IMG/VR virus record: IMGVR_UViG_3300032038_000071
Span: 2,836 to 66,835 of that record
Reading direction: 5' to 3' (one strand)
DNA from: a virus
DNA: 64,000 nt
The translations under genes and the position numbers were made by a program. The notes under the pieces are model-generated. The model searched no databases and was not told the DNA's origin. It saw only the letters and a program-made list of their open reading frames with translations. Each line of letters opens with the position of its first letter. The stretch's first letter is position 1. Shown piece by piece: positions 21,812-30,821 of the stretch.

Positions 21812-23014
21812 TTAGAATAAATTACAGTTCATTATTTTATTTAATGTATGCTCACCAATAATAGTATTTTCATCTCCTATATATTCATGTGAATAACATA
21901 TTCGTGTTAATGATTGTATGCAGGATTCTCTTGTGCTATTACGACCTTTAGGTCTAATCATTCTTTGTATTTCTTCCTCTGATATATCTTCTATATTCTT
22001 AACACGTTTTAAATTACTCGAAGTTGGTCTCCACAATGAACTACGTTGTCTATATTCGCCTATTATAGGATTAGCAGTTTTTGAAAAATATCTATATCCT
22101 TGAGAAATATACAATTCAGCCATATATTCAGATAATTTTCTTCCTATACCTATTCCTTGATAATCTGGTAAAACTACAGTTCTATGCTCACTTACACAAA
22201 TACGCTTATCCGTTTTACTAAATCTTCCAGGCATAGCAATAACCGCACCGAACGCTATTGGTAACATATTGTAAGTAACCAAATAACAATCAGATGATGG
22301 GTTCAAATCAGCACTTAAATAGTGATAGGGCTTAAACATATACCAAATTTGCTTGGAACACTGATGGACGTCAAGAACAATCTGCGGTCTTTGCCTGACA
22401 CACCTCCCCACAGATAACTTTTTAGTATCTGTGTTATATATCCAATCTGGCTGTAAATATTCAATTATATCATCGTGACAACTGGCAAATACAATATTTT
22501 TTAAATCGTGCTTTCTTATATATTTAGCTATACTAACACTACAACTTATGGCACACTCTCTATTAACAACCGATGTAAACTCATCAATAACTGAATTACT
22601 TTTTAACTTTCTGGCTACATCACATCTAAATTTTTCACCTGTTGATAACACCTGATACGGTTTTAACCACGTGATTATAGAATTAAATCCTACTGCACCT
22701 AATTTCTCACACGCATCATCAAAATTGTCAAAATGATTAGCCACACATTCATCACTTTTCCATTCATTATCAGTATCATCACCAAATAACTTTAATAATG
22801 AAGATTTACCAGAACCACTTGAACCAACAATTAATCCAATATTAAACTCTTTTGGAAAATCTGGTATATTTATTTCTGTAACGATTTCACCATCAAAATC
22901 AAAATCAAATGAATTTGAAATTCTATCAGTTATTTCATTTTGATTGATATGTGACTTTAAAGTTATGACGTTTGATTTTTTTACAGTAATATCAAACAAT
23001 TTTCCTTCGTTCAT
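21812..23014 (-). CDS. ABC-type ATPase domain fused to a GNAT acetyltransferase domain
   Basis: Motifs seen are GLIVGSSGSGKSSLLKLF (Walker A), LSTGEKFRCDVARKL (ABC signature-like), SVIDEFTSVV (Walker B) and the C-terminal VVLPDYQGIGIGRKLSEYM (GNAT motif A). Confidence 0.6.
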   Translation of the reverse strand: MNEGKLFDITVKKSNVITLKSHINQNEITDRISNSFDFDFDGEIVTEINIPDFPKEFNIGLIVGSSGSGKSSLLKLFGDDTDNEWKSDECVANHFDNFDDACEKLGAVGFNSIITWLKPYQVLSTGEKFRCDVARKLKSNSVIDEFTSVVNRECAISCSVSIAKYIRKHDLKNIVFASCHDDIIEYLQPDWIYNTDTKKLSVGRCVRQRPQIVLDVHQCSKQIWYMFKPYHYLSADLNPSSDCYLVTYNMLPIAFGAVIAMPGRFSKTDKRICVSEHRTVVLPDYQGIGIGRKLSEYMAELYISQGYRYFSKTANPIIGEYRQRSSLWRPTSSNLKRVKNIEDISEEEIQRMIRPKGRNSTRESCIQSLTRICYSHEYIGDENTIIGEHTLNKIMNCNLF

Positions 23015-23026
23015 AAACTCTCTCCC

Positions 23027-25321
23027 TTATGATATTTCAATCTCATCACCGTACCATGCCTTTGTAATCTCTACATCGCACTTTATAGGCATTTCAAGTA
23101 TCTTTTCAGCCGCCTTACTCATTGTTTCTGCTAATAGCTTTGAACATTCTTTAACATTCTCTTCAGGACACTCTGCTATAACTTCATCGTGTACTGGAAT
23201 AAGAAGTCTGAAACCTAATTCTTTAAGTCTCTGGTTGTTATTCAACTCTATCATAGCTAACTTTGTAAGGTCTGCGGCACTTCCCTGTATTCTACTGTTT
23301 ACACATTGTCTTGTAGCATCTGCAATCTTACCACCATTATCTACTATCCATATATCTTCTTCATTTGCCTTTTCAAAGATTTTTCTTTTCTCTCCGAATT
23401 TTGCTTTGTGAAGCTGTGTAAGATATTTTCTTATGATACGTTCTGGTATCTCTGTTTCTGCTTCATCATCAAAGTCTAACACATCTACAGTAGGTGCAAC
23501 ACCATTCTTCCACTTAAACTCATACTCATCAAGCTGTAAATCTGGTAGTCTACGTTTTCTACCACATACAGTTGTTACATAACCTGTTTCATATGCCATA
23601 TCAAGACTTTCATCTTCAAACTTCTTTATAGCAGGAAAACCTCTGAATACGCTGTCTTTTATAGCTTGTGCTTTTTCAGGTGTGCAATTAAGCTGTTCGG
23701 CTATACTGTTTACACCTCTGCCATAAAGCACTCCTAACAAGATACTCTTTGCTTGTGTTCTTCTTTCTTTACCAGCTTTATTTGTAGTACCATCAGCATT
23801 AAACTCCCGGCATTCTTCATAAGGTTTATTAAATGCCTTACTTGCAATTTCAGAATACAAATCCTTGCCCTGCATAAATGTGTTATACATCTGACTATCA
23901 CCATCTTTTCTACAAAGAGCGGCAAGACATTTTGGTTCTTGCTGTGAGAAGTCACTCGACATTAATACATATCCGTCTGATGCAACGAACATCTTACGAA
24001 TATCTTTGTTATGACTTGGAATGTTCTGTAGATTAGGGTCACTACTTGACATTCTACCTGTATTAGCACCATATTGATTGAAGCTACAATGTATTCTACC
24101 ATCCTTCGGATTTACACACTCCGGTAACTTATCAATATATGTGCTTATCAATTTCTCCACTTCTCTATATTCTAGTATTGAATTAGCAAGAGGGCTGTCC
24201 ATCTTTCTCAGAATATCTACACCTGTACCTCTTGGTGATTTACTGTCAATCACATCATATCCAAGTATATCATAGAATAAAATTGCAAGCTGTGTAGGAC
24301 TTGCTATATTGATAGGGTTATCTAACTTACAATCAGTGTGCTTTAATCTGTATGTTGTAATCTTATCATTATAAGCGTTTAAATGCTCATAGAACGCATT
24401 TAGTTTGTCTTTTAGTATATTATTATATCTTTCAGATAAAACTTGATTATAAGTCAAATCAAAGAGTATTCCGTTATCTTCCATATCACAACATACTTTT
24501 ACACAAGGCATTTCTATATTCTTAAATACCCAATATAGCTTTCTCATATCTTCCCTATCGCTGTCTGCTCTGAGATACTTTCGCTGATAATCATATAATT
24601 CATATGTAATCTCTGGGTCATGTGCGGCATACAGAACTGCTGTCTGTAAAGGAACAAGAGTAAATGGTATTCCTTTAAACAACTCTTCAAATGTAAACGC
24701 ATCTTCTTCGCCATTAAGCACATATTTCTGATGTAACTTTTTAAGTGCATTTGTTGGTTCATTTTCATTAAGCAATCTCTGTGCTAAATAACAATCCCAA
24801 GTACAGTATATGTCTTTAAGTCCAACTTGATTGCGTAAAAATCTTATATCAAACTTTGCGTTGAACATGATTATATCTGTATTAGATTTAATCATTCGGT
24901 CAAACTCAGCTTTGATTATATCTACACTCAACTGGTCTGGCACAACCATATTTGTTATAAAACTCACATGATTTATTGGTATGTATGCTCCAGGCATATT
25001 CGATGTATAGATACATATTCCAGCTATCTCATCTTGTAACGGGTCAAGCCCTGTTGTTTCTGTATCTATACTTATAACTCCATTATCAATGCACTTGTTA
25101 AGATATTTTACCAACGACATTGTATCTTGAATAAGTATGTATTTATCCTTAAACTTTCCAAGATGTGTTTCAACCAATTTCTGTGCCTGAGTTATTCTAT
25201 CAAGTAAGCTGTTCCCACCTCTTACAGTAGGAACAGCTTTTCTTGTGGAATTAGACTGCTTTGCTAACTTCATATCGTTAGTTTTACTATTTGCTCTTGT
25301 AGGAATTTCAAATAGTGCCAT
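23027..25321 (-). CDS. polA: family A DNA polymerase with a 3'-5' exonuclease domain
   Basis: Motifs seen are ISIDTETTGLDP (Exo I), KSILLGVLYGRG (motif B) and LIPVHDEVIAE (motif C). Confidence 0.9.
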   Translation of the reverse strand: MALFEIPTRANSKTNDMKLAKQSNSTRKAVPTVRGGNSLLDRITQAQKLVETHLGKFKDKYILIQDTMSLVKYLNKCIDNGVISIDTETTGLDPLQDEIAGICIYTSNMPGAYIPINHVSFITNMVVPDQLSVDIIKAEFDRMIKSNTDIIMFNAKFDIRFLRNQVGLKDIYCTWDCYLAQRLLNENEPTNALKKLHQKYVLNGEEDAFTFEELFKGIPFTLVPLQTAVLYAAHDPEITYELYDYQRKYLRADSDREDMRKLYWVFKNIEMPCVKVCCDMEDNGILFDLTYNQVLSERYNNILKDKLNAFYEHLNAYNDKITTYRLKHTDCKLDNPINIASPTQLAILFYDILGYDVIDSKSPRGTGVDILRKMDSPLANSILEYREVEKLISTYIDKLPECVNPKDGRIHCSFNQYGANTGRMSSSDPNLQNIPSHNKDIRKMFVASDGYVLMSSDFSQQEPKCLAALCRKDGDSQMYNTFMQGKDLYSEIASKAFNKPYEECREFNADGTTNKAGKERRTQAKSILLGVLYGRGVNSIAEQLNCTPEKAQAIKDSVFRGFPAIKKFEDESLDMAYETGYVTTVCGRKRRLPDLQLDEYEFKWKNGVAPTVDVLDFDDEAETEIPERIIRKYLTQLHKAKFGEKRKIFEKANEEDIWIVDNGGKIADATRQCVNSRIQGSAADLTKLAMIELNNNQRLKELGFRLLIPVHDEVIAECPEENVKECSKLLAETMSKAAEKILEMPIKCDVEITKAWYGDEIEIS

Positions 25322-25335
25322 CTAATTATCTCCTT

Positions 25336-26019
25336 TTAAAATCTTCTGTCGTTATCGTTTGCAGGTGTCCTTCTGCCAGGTCTACGTCTTGGCATTTCAT
25401 CTTCTGCTGATTCTTCATTCCTTGCAGTACGTCTTACCGGTGCTTCACTATCTGTTGGTGGAAAATATCCTTCTGATAAATAGAATTCCATATCTTCTGC
25501 TGACTTATCGAGAATAACACTGCCAAGTACCTCTGGAATATCAAAATCCTCTATCTGTGTATCGTCAGCCGGATCCTCAGTTCTGTAAATCTCATAAGTA
25601 GTCTTTGTGTCTTTTGGCTTACCGTGTCTCTCTATCTCAAATATCTGTGATACAATAGGTGCTTTATTGTATCTTGCACAAATACCAGAAATTTTACTAA
25701 AGAATGTCTTACCACGTTCCCAAAGCTGTACTTTATCCTCATCAATATTGTATACAGGGATAAACAGCTTTGCTACCTGAAACTTCTTTGCTTTACAGAA
25801 TGGACAATCATCAACTGGCTGGTTGTATTCCCTTATACAGTTGACATACCTCTTCTTTCCATCAATCTCTACTTCATGCACAGCATATCCTTCAATATCA
25901 TCGGCTGTGTTGTAGAGAAATCTGACAGAAGCTACATCCATATCATTCTGTAATGAGAAGAATCCTGCTCCGCCCTTTCCACCATACTTGTCAACAGTGT
26001 CTGCATTAAATCGTGCCAT
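25336..26019 (-). CDS. single-stranded DNA-binding protein (gp32-like, zinc-containing), putative
   Basis: It lies next to polA. It has a Cys triad CIREYNQPVDDCPFC and a long charged, disordered C-terminal tail. Confidence 0.45.
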   Translation of the reverse strand: MARFNADTVDKYGGKGGAGFFSLQNDMDVASVRFLYNTADDIEGYAVHEVEIDGKKRYVNCIREYNQPVDDCPFCKAKKFQVAKLFIPVYNIDEDKVQLWERGKTFFSKISGICARYNKAPIVSQIFEIERHGKPKDTKTTYEIYRTEDPADDTQIEDFDIPEVLGSVILDKSAEDMEFYLSEGYFPPTDSEAPVRRTARNEESAEDEMPRRRPGRRTPANDNDRRF

Positions 26020-26064
26020 AGTTTTTACCTCTCTTTCGTTTTTATAGTTTTATGGCTTTATATA

Positions 26065-26466
26065 CTAATCCTCTGTAAAGAGGTCAGCTACTGTATTAAT
26101 AACTTCAAAGGCATCTGTAAGTAGAAATCTTGTTACGTTGTATTCAAGTCCAAGTGCCTCTTTTACTTCATCTGTCATATCAACTTTTAAATTATCATCT
26201 TCTATGGAGAAGATAATGCGCTCATCGTCAATGTCAACCTTAATACCATCTGCAAAGTATTCAACTTTACCTCTTTTAAAGAGAGTTGCTATAGTGTCTC
26301 TATACTGATAGATAGAATTGCACTTTACATAGTTGTCATTAAAATATTCCAGCTTTATTGTGCTTTCTACTCCTATAATACTCTGCAACTTTACAGTCTG
26401 TCCTATCTTTGTTACTTTCTCAACATACTTATTGAACTTATTAAAGTAATACTCGCCAACTTTCAT
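26065..26466 (-). CDS. hypothetical protein (133 aa)
   Basis: Co-directional ORF packed 2 nt from its neighbour. Confidence 0.65.
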   Translation of the reverse strand: MKVGEYYFNKFNKYVEKVTKIGQTVKLQSIIGVESTIKLEYFNDNYVKCNSIYQYRDTIATLFKRGKVEYFADGIKVDIDDERIIFSIEDDNLKVDMTDEVKEALGLEYNVTRFLLTDAFEVINTVADLFTED

Positions 26467-26468
26467 AT

Positions 26469-26693
26469 CTACACCTCCATATCACCAAAGGTGTCATTTA
26501 CACCTCTTGCTGTCACTGATAATACGGCAAGTGTCTGTGCTGTATTAAAATCTTTGTGTACAGCGGCATACTTATCACAGATGCTTCCAACAACACTCAT
26601 TATTGTAAACACATCATAGTCGAGTAGTATGTTTGACAGATTTTCTGCTACTTCAAGTTCCTTTGAGTTAATAAATTCCATTACTGTTTTCAT
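26469..26693 (-). CDS. hypothetical protein (74 aa)
   Basis: AAAGGAG SD upstream. It is the first gene after the promoter at 26753-26781. Confidence 0.65.
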   Translation of the reverse strand: MKTVMEFINSKELEVAENLSNILLDYDVFTIMSVVGSICDKYAAVHKDFNTAQTLAVLSVTARGVNDTFGDMEV

Positions 26694-26752
26694 TTCTTTT
26701 CTCCTTTACGTTTCTATAGTGTTTATAGTGTCTGTAGTTGTCTACATTGAAT

Positions 26753-26781
26753 ATTGTACTACACATTATATTATATGTCAA
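26753..26781 (-). promoter_or_regulatory. sigma-A-type promoter (TTGACA-N17-TACAAT) with the AATGTGTAGTACAAT box
   Basis: Minus strand reads TTGACATATAATATAATGTGTAGTACAAT. An A/T UP-like tract AAAAAATTTATAAATATTTTTG lies upstream. Confidence 0.65.
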
Positions 26782-26790
26782 CAAAAATAT

Positions 26791-28098
26791 TTATAAATTT
26801 TTTATACTCTTTTCAAGTGCATCTACTAAATCTAAATCATCAAACCACAATGCACGTACCTGCTTATCTTTTCTTACTGGATTTACTATACTGCCACCTA
26901 AAAGATAATCAACGTGGTCTACAAGATTAGATTTCAGATTAAGGACATACTCATTAGGATAATAATTTTCCATATATATTCTGAATATGGTATCATCGTA
27001 CTTCTTTTCTTTTATCCACTTTTCATACTGCGGGTCATGCCATACCCACTTGTTAAACCACTCTACATATGACTTTACTATCTTTGTTGGAATGTAGATA
27101 CATGGAAATGAATACCACATCTTTAAGCCATTTGAATCACCCGGAACCCATTTCTTCATTTCATCATAATAAGAAGCAAAACCACAAACTGTAAAATCTT
27201 TACTTAACTCCTTTGTTCGTTCTGCAAAATCTCTACATATTATTACATCATCTTGTAAATGCCATATTCCGTCTACGCTCATCTTTGATGCTTGCGTAAA
27301 GCTGTCTACAGAACTCTTTAAACAGCCCTGTTTTTGCCTATCAACATACACTATGATATTCTCATTCTTTATCCCCTGTTCTAACATAGACGGTATCAGA
27401 TAATCATTAACATACCATTCTCTCTGTAAGCAGGTGTGTATCATATATAATGACTTTATTGTCTTTACAAAAGGTTCTATCTTCTCTACGTCTTTTGGTT
27501 CATCTATATCGCAAGTATAATCATTTATAGCTGTATAGTTTGTATAATCAATCTTGTTTATCTCTGTACCTTTAATTACTTGCCATAATTCCCATGCTAT
27601 AGGCTCTCTTCTAAACTTTTTCTGTTCGTGTAAAGTCTGTATTTCTTTAAGACTATTCTGGAAATGTTGTAAATCTACAACTTTAAAGGCAAAAGGTTCT
27701 GCATAAGGCTTACTATAATTCTTTGCAAACGGTGGCGCTGATGCAAAGAACTCTATATCATCTGTTTCTGTTTTCACTATTGTTTGTATAGCTTCTTCCG
27801 AAAACACTACATCACCAAAGATATAGCATACAGGTTCTTTAGTTTTATAAAATCCGTTATACCACCCACCTGTTGATACACCCGGTCTTATTACAGTCCA
27901 GTTATTATCAGACTTTAATACGGGAACACCAAGTCCTTCAAATCTGCTGTCATTACTGCTGATAGCTATATCTTCTACTCCGGCTTCTCTTAACAGTCTT
28001 ATTGTTCTGACTACAATAGGTTCATTGTTTATTCGAGTAAGTTGTCTTGGTTCTTTCCATATCTGATAATTACCGCCACACATTATAATATATTTCAT
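26791..28098 (-). CDS. nucleotidyltransferase (GT-A/MobA-like N-domain) fused to a second domain of unknown function, possibly a glycosyltransferase
   Basis: MKYIIMCGGNYQIWKEPRQLTRINNEPIVVRTIRLL is the classic NTP-transferase G-rich loop. The C-terminal half has a DxD-like IWHLQDDVIICRDF. Confidence 0.55.
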   Translation of the reverse strand: MKYIIMCGGNYQIWKEPRQLTRINNEPIVVRTIRLLREAGVEDIAISSNDSRFEGLGVPVLKSDNNWTVIRPGVSTGGWYNGFYKTKEPVCYIFGDVVFSEEAIQTIVKTETDDIEFFASAPPFAKNYSKPYAEPFAFKVVDLQHFQNSLKEIQTLHEQKKFRREPIAWELWQVIKGTEINKIDYTNYTAINDYTCDIDEPKDVEKIEPFVKTIKSLYMIHTCLQREWYVNDYLIPSMLEQGIKNENIIVYVDRQKQGCLKSSVDSFTQASKMSVDGIWHLQDDVIICRDFAERTKELSKDFTVCGFASYYDEMKKWVPGDSNGLKMWYSFPCIYIPTKIVKSYVEWFNKWVWHDPQYEKWIKEKKYDDTIFRIYMENYYPNEYVLNLKSNLVDHVDYLLGGSIVNPVRKDKQVRALWFDDLDLVDALEKSIKNL

Positions 28099-28099
28099 A

Positions 28100-28237
28100 T
28101 TACTTCTCCTCTTTATATTGCCTTACTGCATCAATAGCAATATCTAACCATATAACTGCATATCCTCTAGCTTTATTTCTTAATTCTTCAAGATAATATA
28201 TGGTTTATCTTATATCTTCATCAGAATCTCTTGTCAT
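28100..28237 (-). pseudogene. 45-codon reading frame interrupted by an in-frame TAA at codon 11
   Basis: The ATG at 28237 overlaps the upstream TGA (TGATG). The frame reads MTRDSDEDIR-TAA-TIYYLEELRNKARGYAVIWLDIAIDAVRQYKEEK and ends 1 nt before the next gene's ATG. Confidence 0.4.
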
Positions 28238-28434
28238 CATTCTTCCCTCACCTTCTGTTTTATCCATTCTTCCATAGCATCATTAAACTTCTTCACCTCT
28301 TCTGGGTGATAATACATATACATAGGACATTGATATACTGCCTCCTGTATGAATGACGTACATCCACAATCAGGATCATTCCAACTACATTTCATACAAA
28401 ATTTTCTGTAATCATCCATTCTCTTCTTCCTCAC
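28237..28434 (-). CDS. Cys-rich small protein (65 aa)
   Basis: A 4-nt overlap with the upstream gene. It contains CMKC...CGC...C. Confidence 0.6.
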   Translation of the reverse strand: MRKKRMDDYRKFCMKCSWNDPDCGCTSFIQEAVYQCPMYMYYHPEEVKKFNDAMEEWIKQKVREE

Positions 28435-28634
28435 TTTCCATCATAATCCCAATTAAGTTTATGATTAACTTCGTTGAGGTCTCGTCTTAATTTAATAATA
28501 TCGGCTTGTATAACTGTATGATGATTGTCGTACGGAGAGTCCTTGTAACTTCTCTCGGTATACTTAACAATCCTATCAAGTGATTCTTTGCAATACTTAA
28601 GGTCTGATATAACCTCTTCTTTTGTTGCACTCAT
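28431..28634 (-). CDS. hypothetical protein (67 aa)
   Basis: 4-nt overlaps on both sides. Confidence 0.6.
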   Translation of the reverse strand: MSATKEEVISDLKYCKESLDRIVKYTERSYKDSPYDNHHTVIQADIIKLRRDLNEVNHKLNWDYDGK

Positions 28635-28918
28635 TTTTCTTCCCCCTTATCTGCCTCTATGATGGTTGGTGCATGTAGTATATCTATTTCGGGAATTACA
28701 GTATCTCCATTTTTCAGATGATAAAGAAATGGTCGTATTTCTGGTCTGACAAGTTTATCCGCATCAATCAAATTTCCATGTCCTTTTGGTAATGGCGTGC
28801 CATTTCTTAAGGCTTCCCTTAAATGAAGTAATGCACTCAGAGGGATTGTATTTTCTCCTGTTAGTGTAAGGTCATTATAATTTTCTTCGTCTATCTCAAT
28901 TACTATCTGCATATTCAC
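28631..28918 (-). CDS. hypothetical protein (95 aa)
   Basis: GTGAGGAG SD upstream, in a coupled gene array. Confidence 0.6.
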   Translation of the reverse strand: MNMQIVIEIDEENYNDLTLTGENTIPLSALLHLREALRNGTPLPKGHGNLIDADKLVRPEIRPFLYHLKNGDTVIPEIDILHAPTIIEADKGEEK

Positions 28919-28921
28919 TCC

Positions 28922-29236
28922 TCACTTTCTGTCTACCATAGGCTTAACCCACATATCGAGACTTGCCCTATATACTCCAAAATACTCATCGTATTCTGTT
29001 TCTATCGGCAACTCCATGATTGAATCCTCAAATACCTTAACCATTCTACGTACAAGTAAAGGCGAAATAATATCTTTGGGCATATTTACTACTTCTTTCG
29101 CACTAACCGTACTTCGTAATCTCAAATGGTTCAATTCGGTTGTACATGCTAGATGTTTCACAGGAAATTGTCTTTTATAAAAATATATTTCATTTTTTAA
29201 CGCTCTAATGATGTTGACTTTCCTTTCTCTCCTCAT
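28922..29236 (-). CDS. hypothetical protein (104 aa)
   Basis: Co-directional ORF with an SD-like GGGAGAAG upstream. Confidence 0.6.
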   Translation of the reverse strand: MRRERKVNIIRALKNEIYFYKRQFPVKHLACTTELNHLRLRSTVSAKEVVNMPKDIISPLLVRRMVKVFEDSIMELPIETEYDEYFGVYRASLDMWVKPMVDRK

Positions 29237-29263
29237 TCTTCTCCCTACCTATCTGCCTATAAT

Positions 29264-29407
29264 TCAAAATTGCTCTCTATAAACACATTCGTTCATATAT
29301 TCTTCTGCCTGTGCTTCTTTATACTCTATATATTCTCGTCTTGCTTCTTCCTCAGTCATTTCTCCACTTTCAACAAGTTTATCTAACCTTTCGTATACCC
29401 AATCCAT
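29264..29407 (-). CDS. hypothetical protein (47 aa from the SD-supported start)
   Basis: The start was moved to MDWVYERL after GTGAGGGA. The track's longer form would overlap the upstream gene by 62 nt. Confidence 0.5.
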   Translation of the reverse strand: MDWVYERLDKLVESGEMTEEEARREYIEYKEAQAEEYMNECVYREQF

Positions 29408-29408
29408 A

Positions 29409-29681
29409 TTATCCCTCACTTTCTGTCTTGTACTTGTCGATAATCTGTAACACATCAATTTTGCTGACATACTGATTGTAGCTAACTCCCATTGTATCGG
29501 TTATCTGCTCTATCTCAGTTCTTATCTTATCAAGCACATCTTCTTGCTCTAATGCCTTGATTGCCAATTTGCATAATTCTTCTAATCTCTCATGCAATTT
29601 CATTTTTGAGTCTACCATTACACTTTTATCAATCATAAAATCAACAATTTCGGGAGTATTTAAAATTTCTTGTCTTGTCAT
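29409..29681 (-). CDS. hypothetical protein (90 aa)
   Basis: GGGAGGTG SD upstream, directly after the primase stop. Confidence 0.65.
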   Translation of the reverse strand: MTRQEILNTPEIVDFMIDKSVMVDSKMKLHERLEELCKLAIKALEQEDVLDKIRTEIEQITDTMGVSYNQYVSKIDVLQIIDKYKTESEG

Positions 29682-29682
29682 T

Positions 29683-30708
29683 CTACCACACCTCCCAATC
29701 TTTAATATTCTTAATCTCTTCTGATGTACATTCGCCTATATCTTTTCTGTATTCTGGAAATTGTATCTCTGTGATTATCTTATTTGACAGTCTTTCTCTT
29801 ATCTTCTTTCTTGCATCTTGTCCTGCTTTGTCATTATCTGTAGCAAGTATTATGTGTCTTATAGGAAGTCTTTTTAATTGCTCAAGCTGTAGTCCATCAC
29901 CTGTGCCGTTAAGTGCTACTGCATAATGATGATATTGCCATAATAGTATGCAATCTATCATAGATTCAGTTACATACAAATCTATAACATTACTTACCCC
30001 ATAATCAAGTGGTGTTCCTATATATGAACTTGTATGGTACAATTCATATAATCCGTAGAGTGATTTTGATACATCTTTGGGATAGTTAAACCACTTTGTG
30101 CGTACATTCCTGCGTGCGACGAACAGGCAATCGCCATTTTTATCTCTGACAGGGAATGTAATACAATCGGTTTTTCTATCATATCCCAAATCAAATAATT
30201 CAATGATATTTTCATCTGTTATTCCTCTTTTCTTCCAGTATGAATGATAGTATCTATAGCTATCAAGTTCCTCTTCTGTTACTCCATTAAATTCAGTATC
30301 ACTACTATTCCCCAAAACACTATTCTTATTGGTAGTGTTACTACGTTCCATATCAATCTCAACATCTTTTCTATCCTCCACTTGTACTGTAGCAAAGTTC
30401 TTCATTATCCATTTGAAGCCTTGCTTACCGAATATATCTTCTGTATTACCTAAGCAATAGCTTATCACTTCGGGTAGTGTATGTGTTTCGCCACAAGCAA
30501 AGCAGTGGAGCATTCCATCACTTTTTCTTATACCCGCTGATGGCTTACGTTCTTGTCCGTTACCGTGGTATGGACACTGTACCATTATATTATCACCGCT
30601 GTCTTTAAATTTCTGTAAAAGCGGTATCTGATTTATCATCAGTTGTCTTTGTAACTCTGTCAGAATCTCCTCGCAAGTTGCGTTTATCATTATATCGTTT
30701 ACTATCAT
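29683..30708 (-). CDS. dnaG: DnaG-type DNA primase (CHC2 zinc finger plus TOPRIM)
   Basis: CPYHGNGQERKPSAGI...LHCFACGETH is the zinc finger. The TOPRIM elements are YVTESMIDC and ILATDNDKAGQDA. Confidence 0.8.
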   Translation of the reverse strand: MIVNDIMINATCEEILTELQRQLMINQIPLLQKFKDSGDNIMVQCPYHGNGQERKPSAGIRKSDGMLHCFACGETHTLPEVISYCLGNTEDIFGKQGFKWIMKNFATVQVEDRKDVEIDMERSNTTNKNSVLGNSSDTEFNGVTEEELDSYRYYHSYWKKRGITDENIIELFDLGYDRKTDCITFPVRDKNGDCLFVARRNVRTKWFNYPKDVSKSLYGLYELYHTSSYIGTPLDYGVSNVIDLYVTESMIDCILLWQYHHYAVALNGTGDGLQLEQLKRLPIRHIILATDNDKAGQDARKKIRERLSNKIITEIQFPEYRKDIGECTSEEIKNIKDWEVW

Positions 30709-30805
30709 TCATTTTCTCCTCTCGTGAAAACAAAATGGCTAACCATATCGTAATTAAGTTTGCCCCACAAATTACACCAATACAAAATGCTATAATAGTG
30801 TCCAT
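30605..30805 (-). CDS. possible small membrane protein (66 aa) overlapping the primase start
   Basis: GGGAGGTAGG SD lies before MDTIIAFCIGVICGANLITIWLAILF (one TM helix). The last 104 nt overlap the primase in another frame. Confidence 0.3.
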   Translation of the reverse strand: MDTIIAFCIGVICGANLITIWLAILFSREEKMNDSKRYNDKRNLRGDSDRVTKTTDDKSDTAFTEI

Positions 30806-30821
30806 ATACCTACCTCCCATT

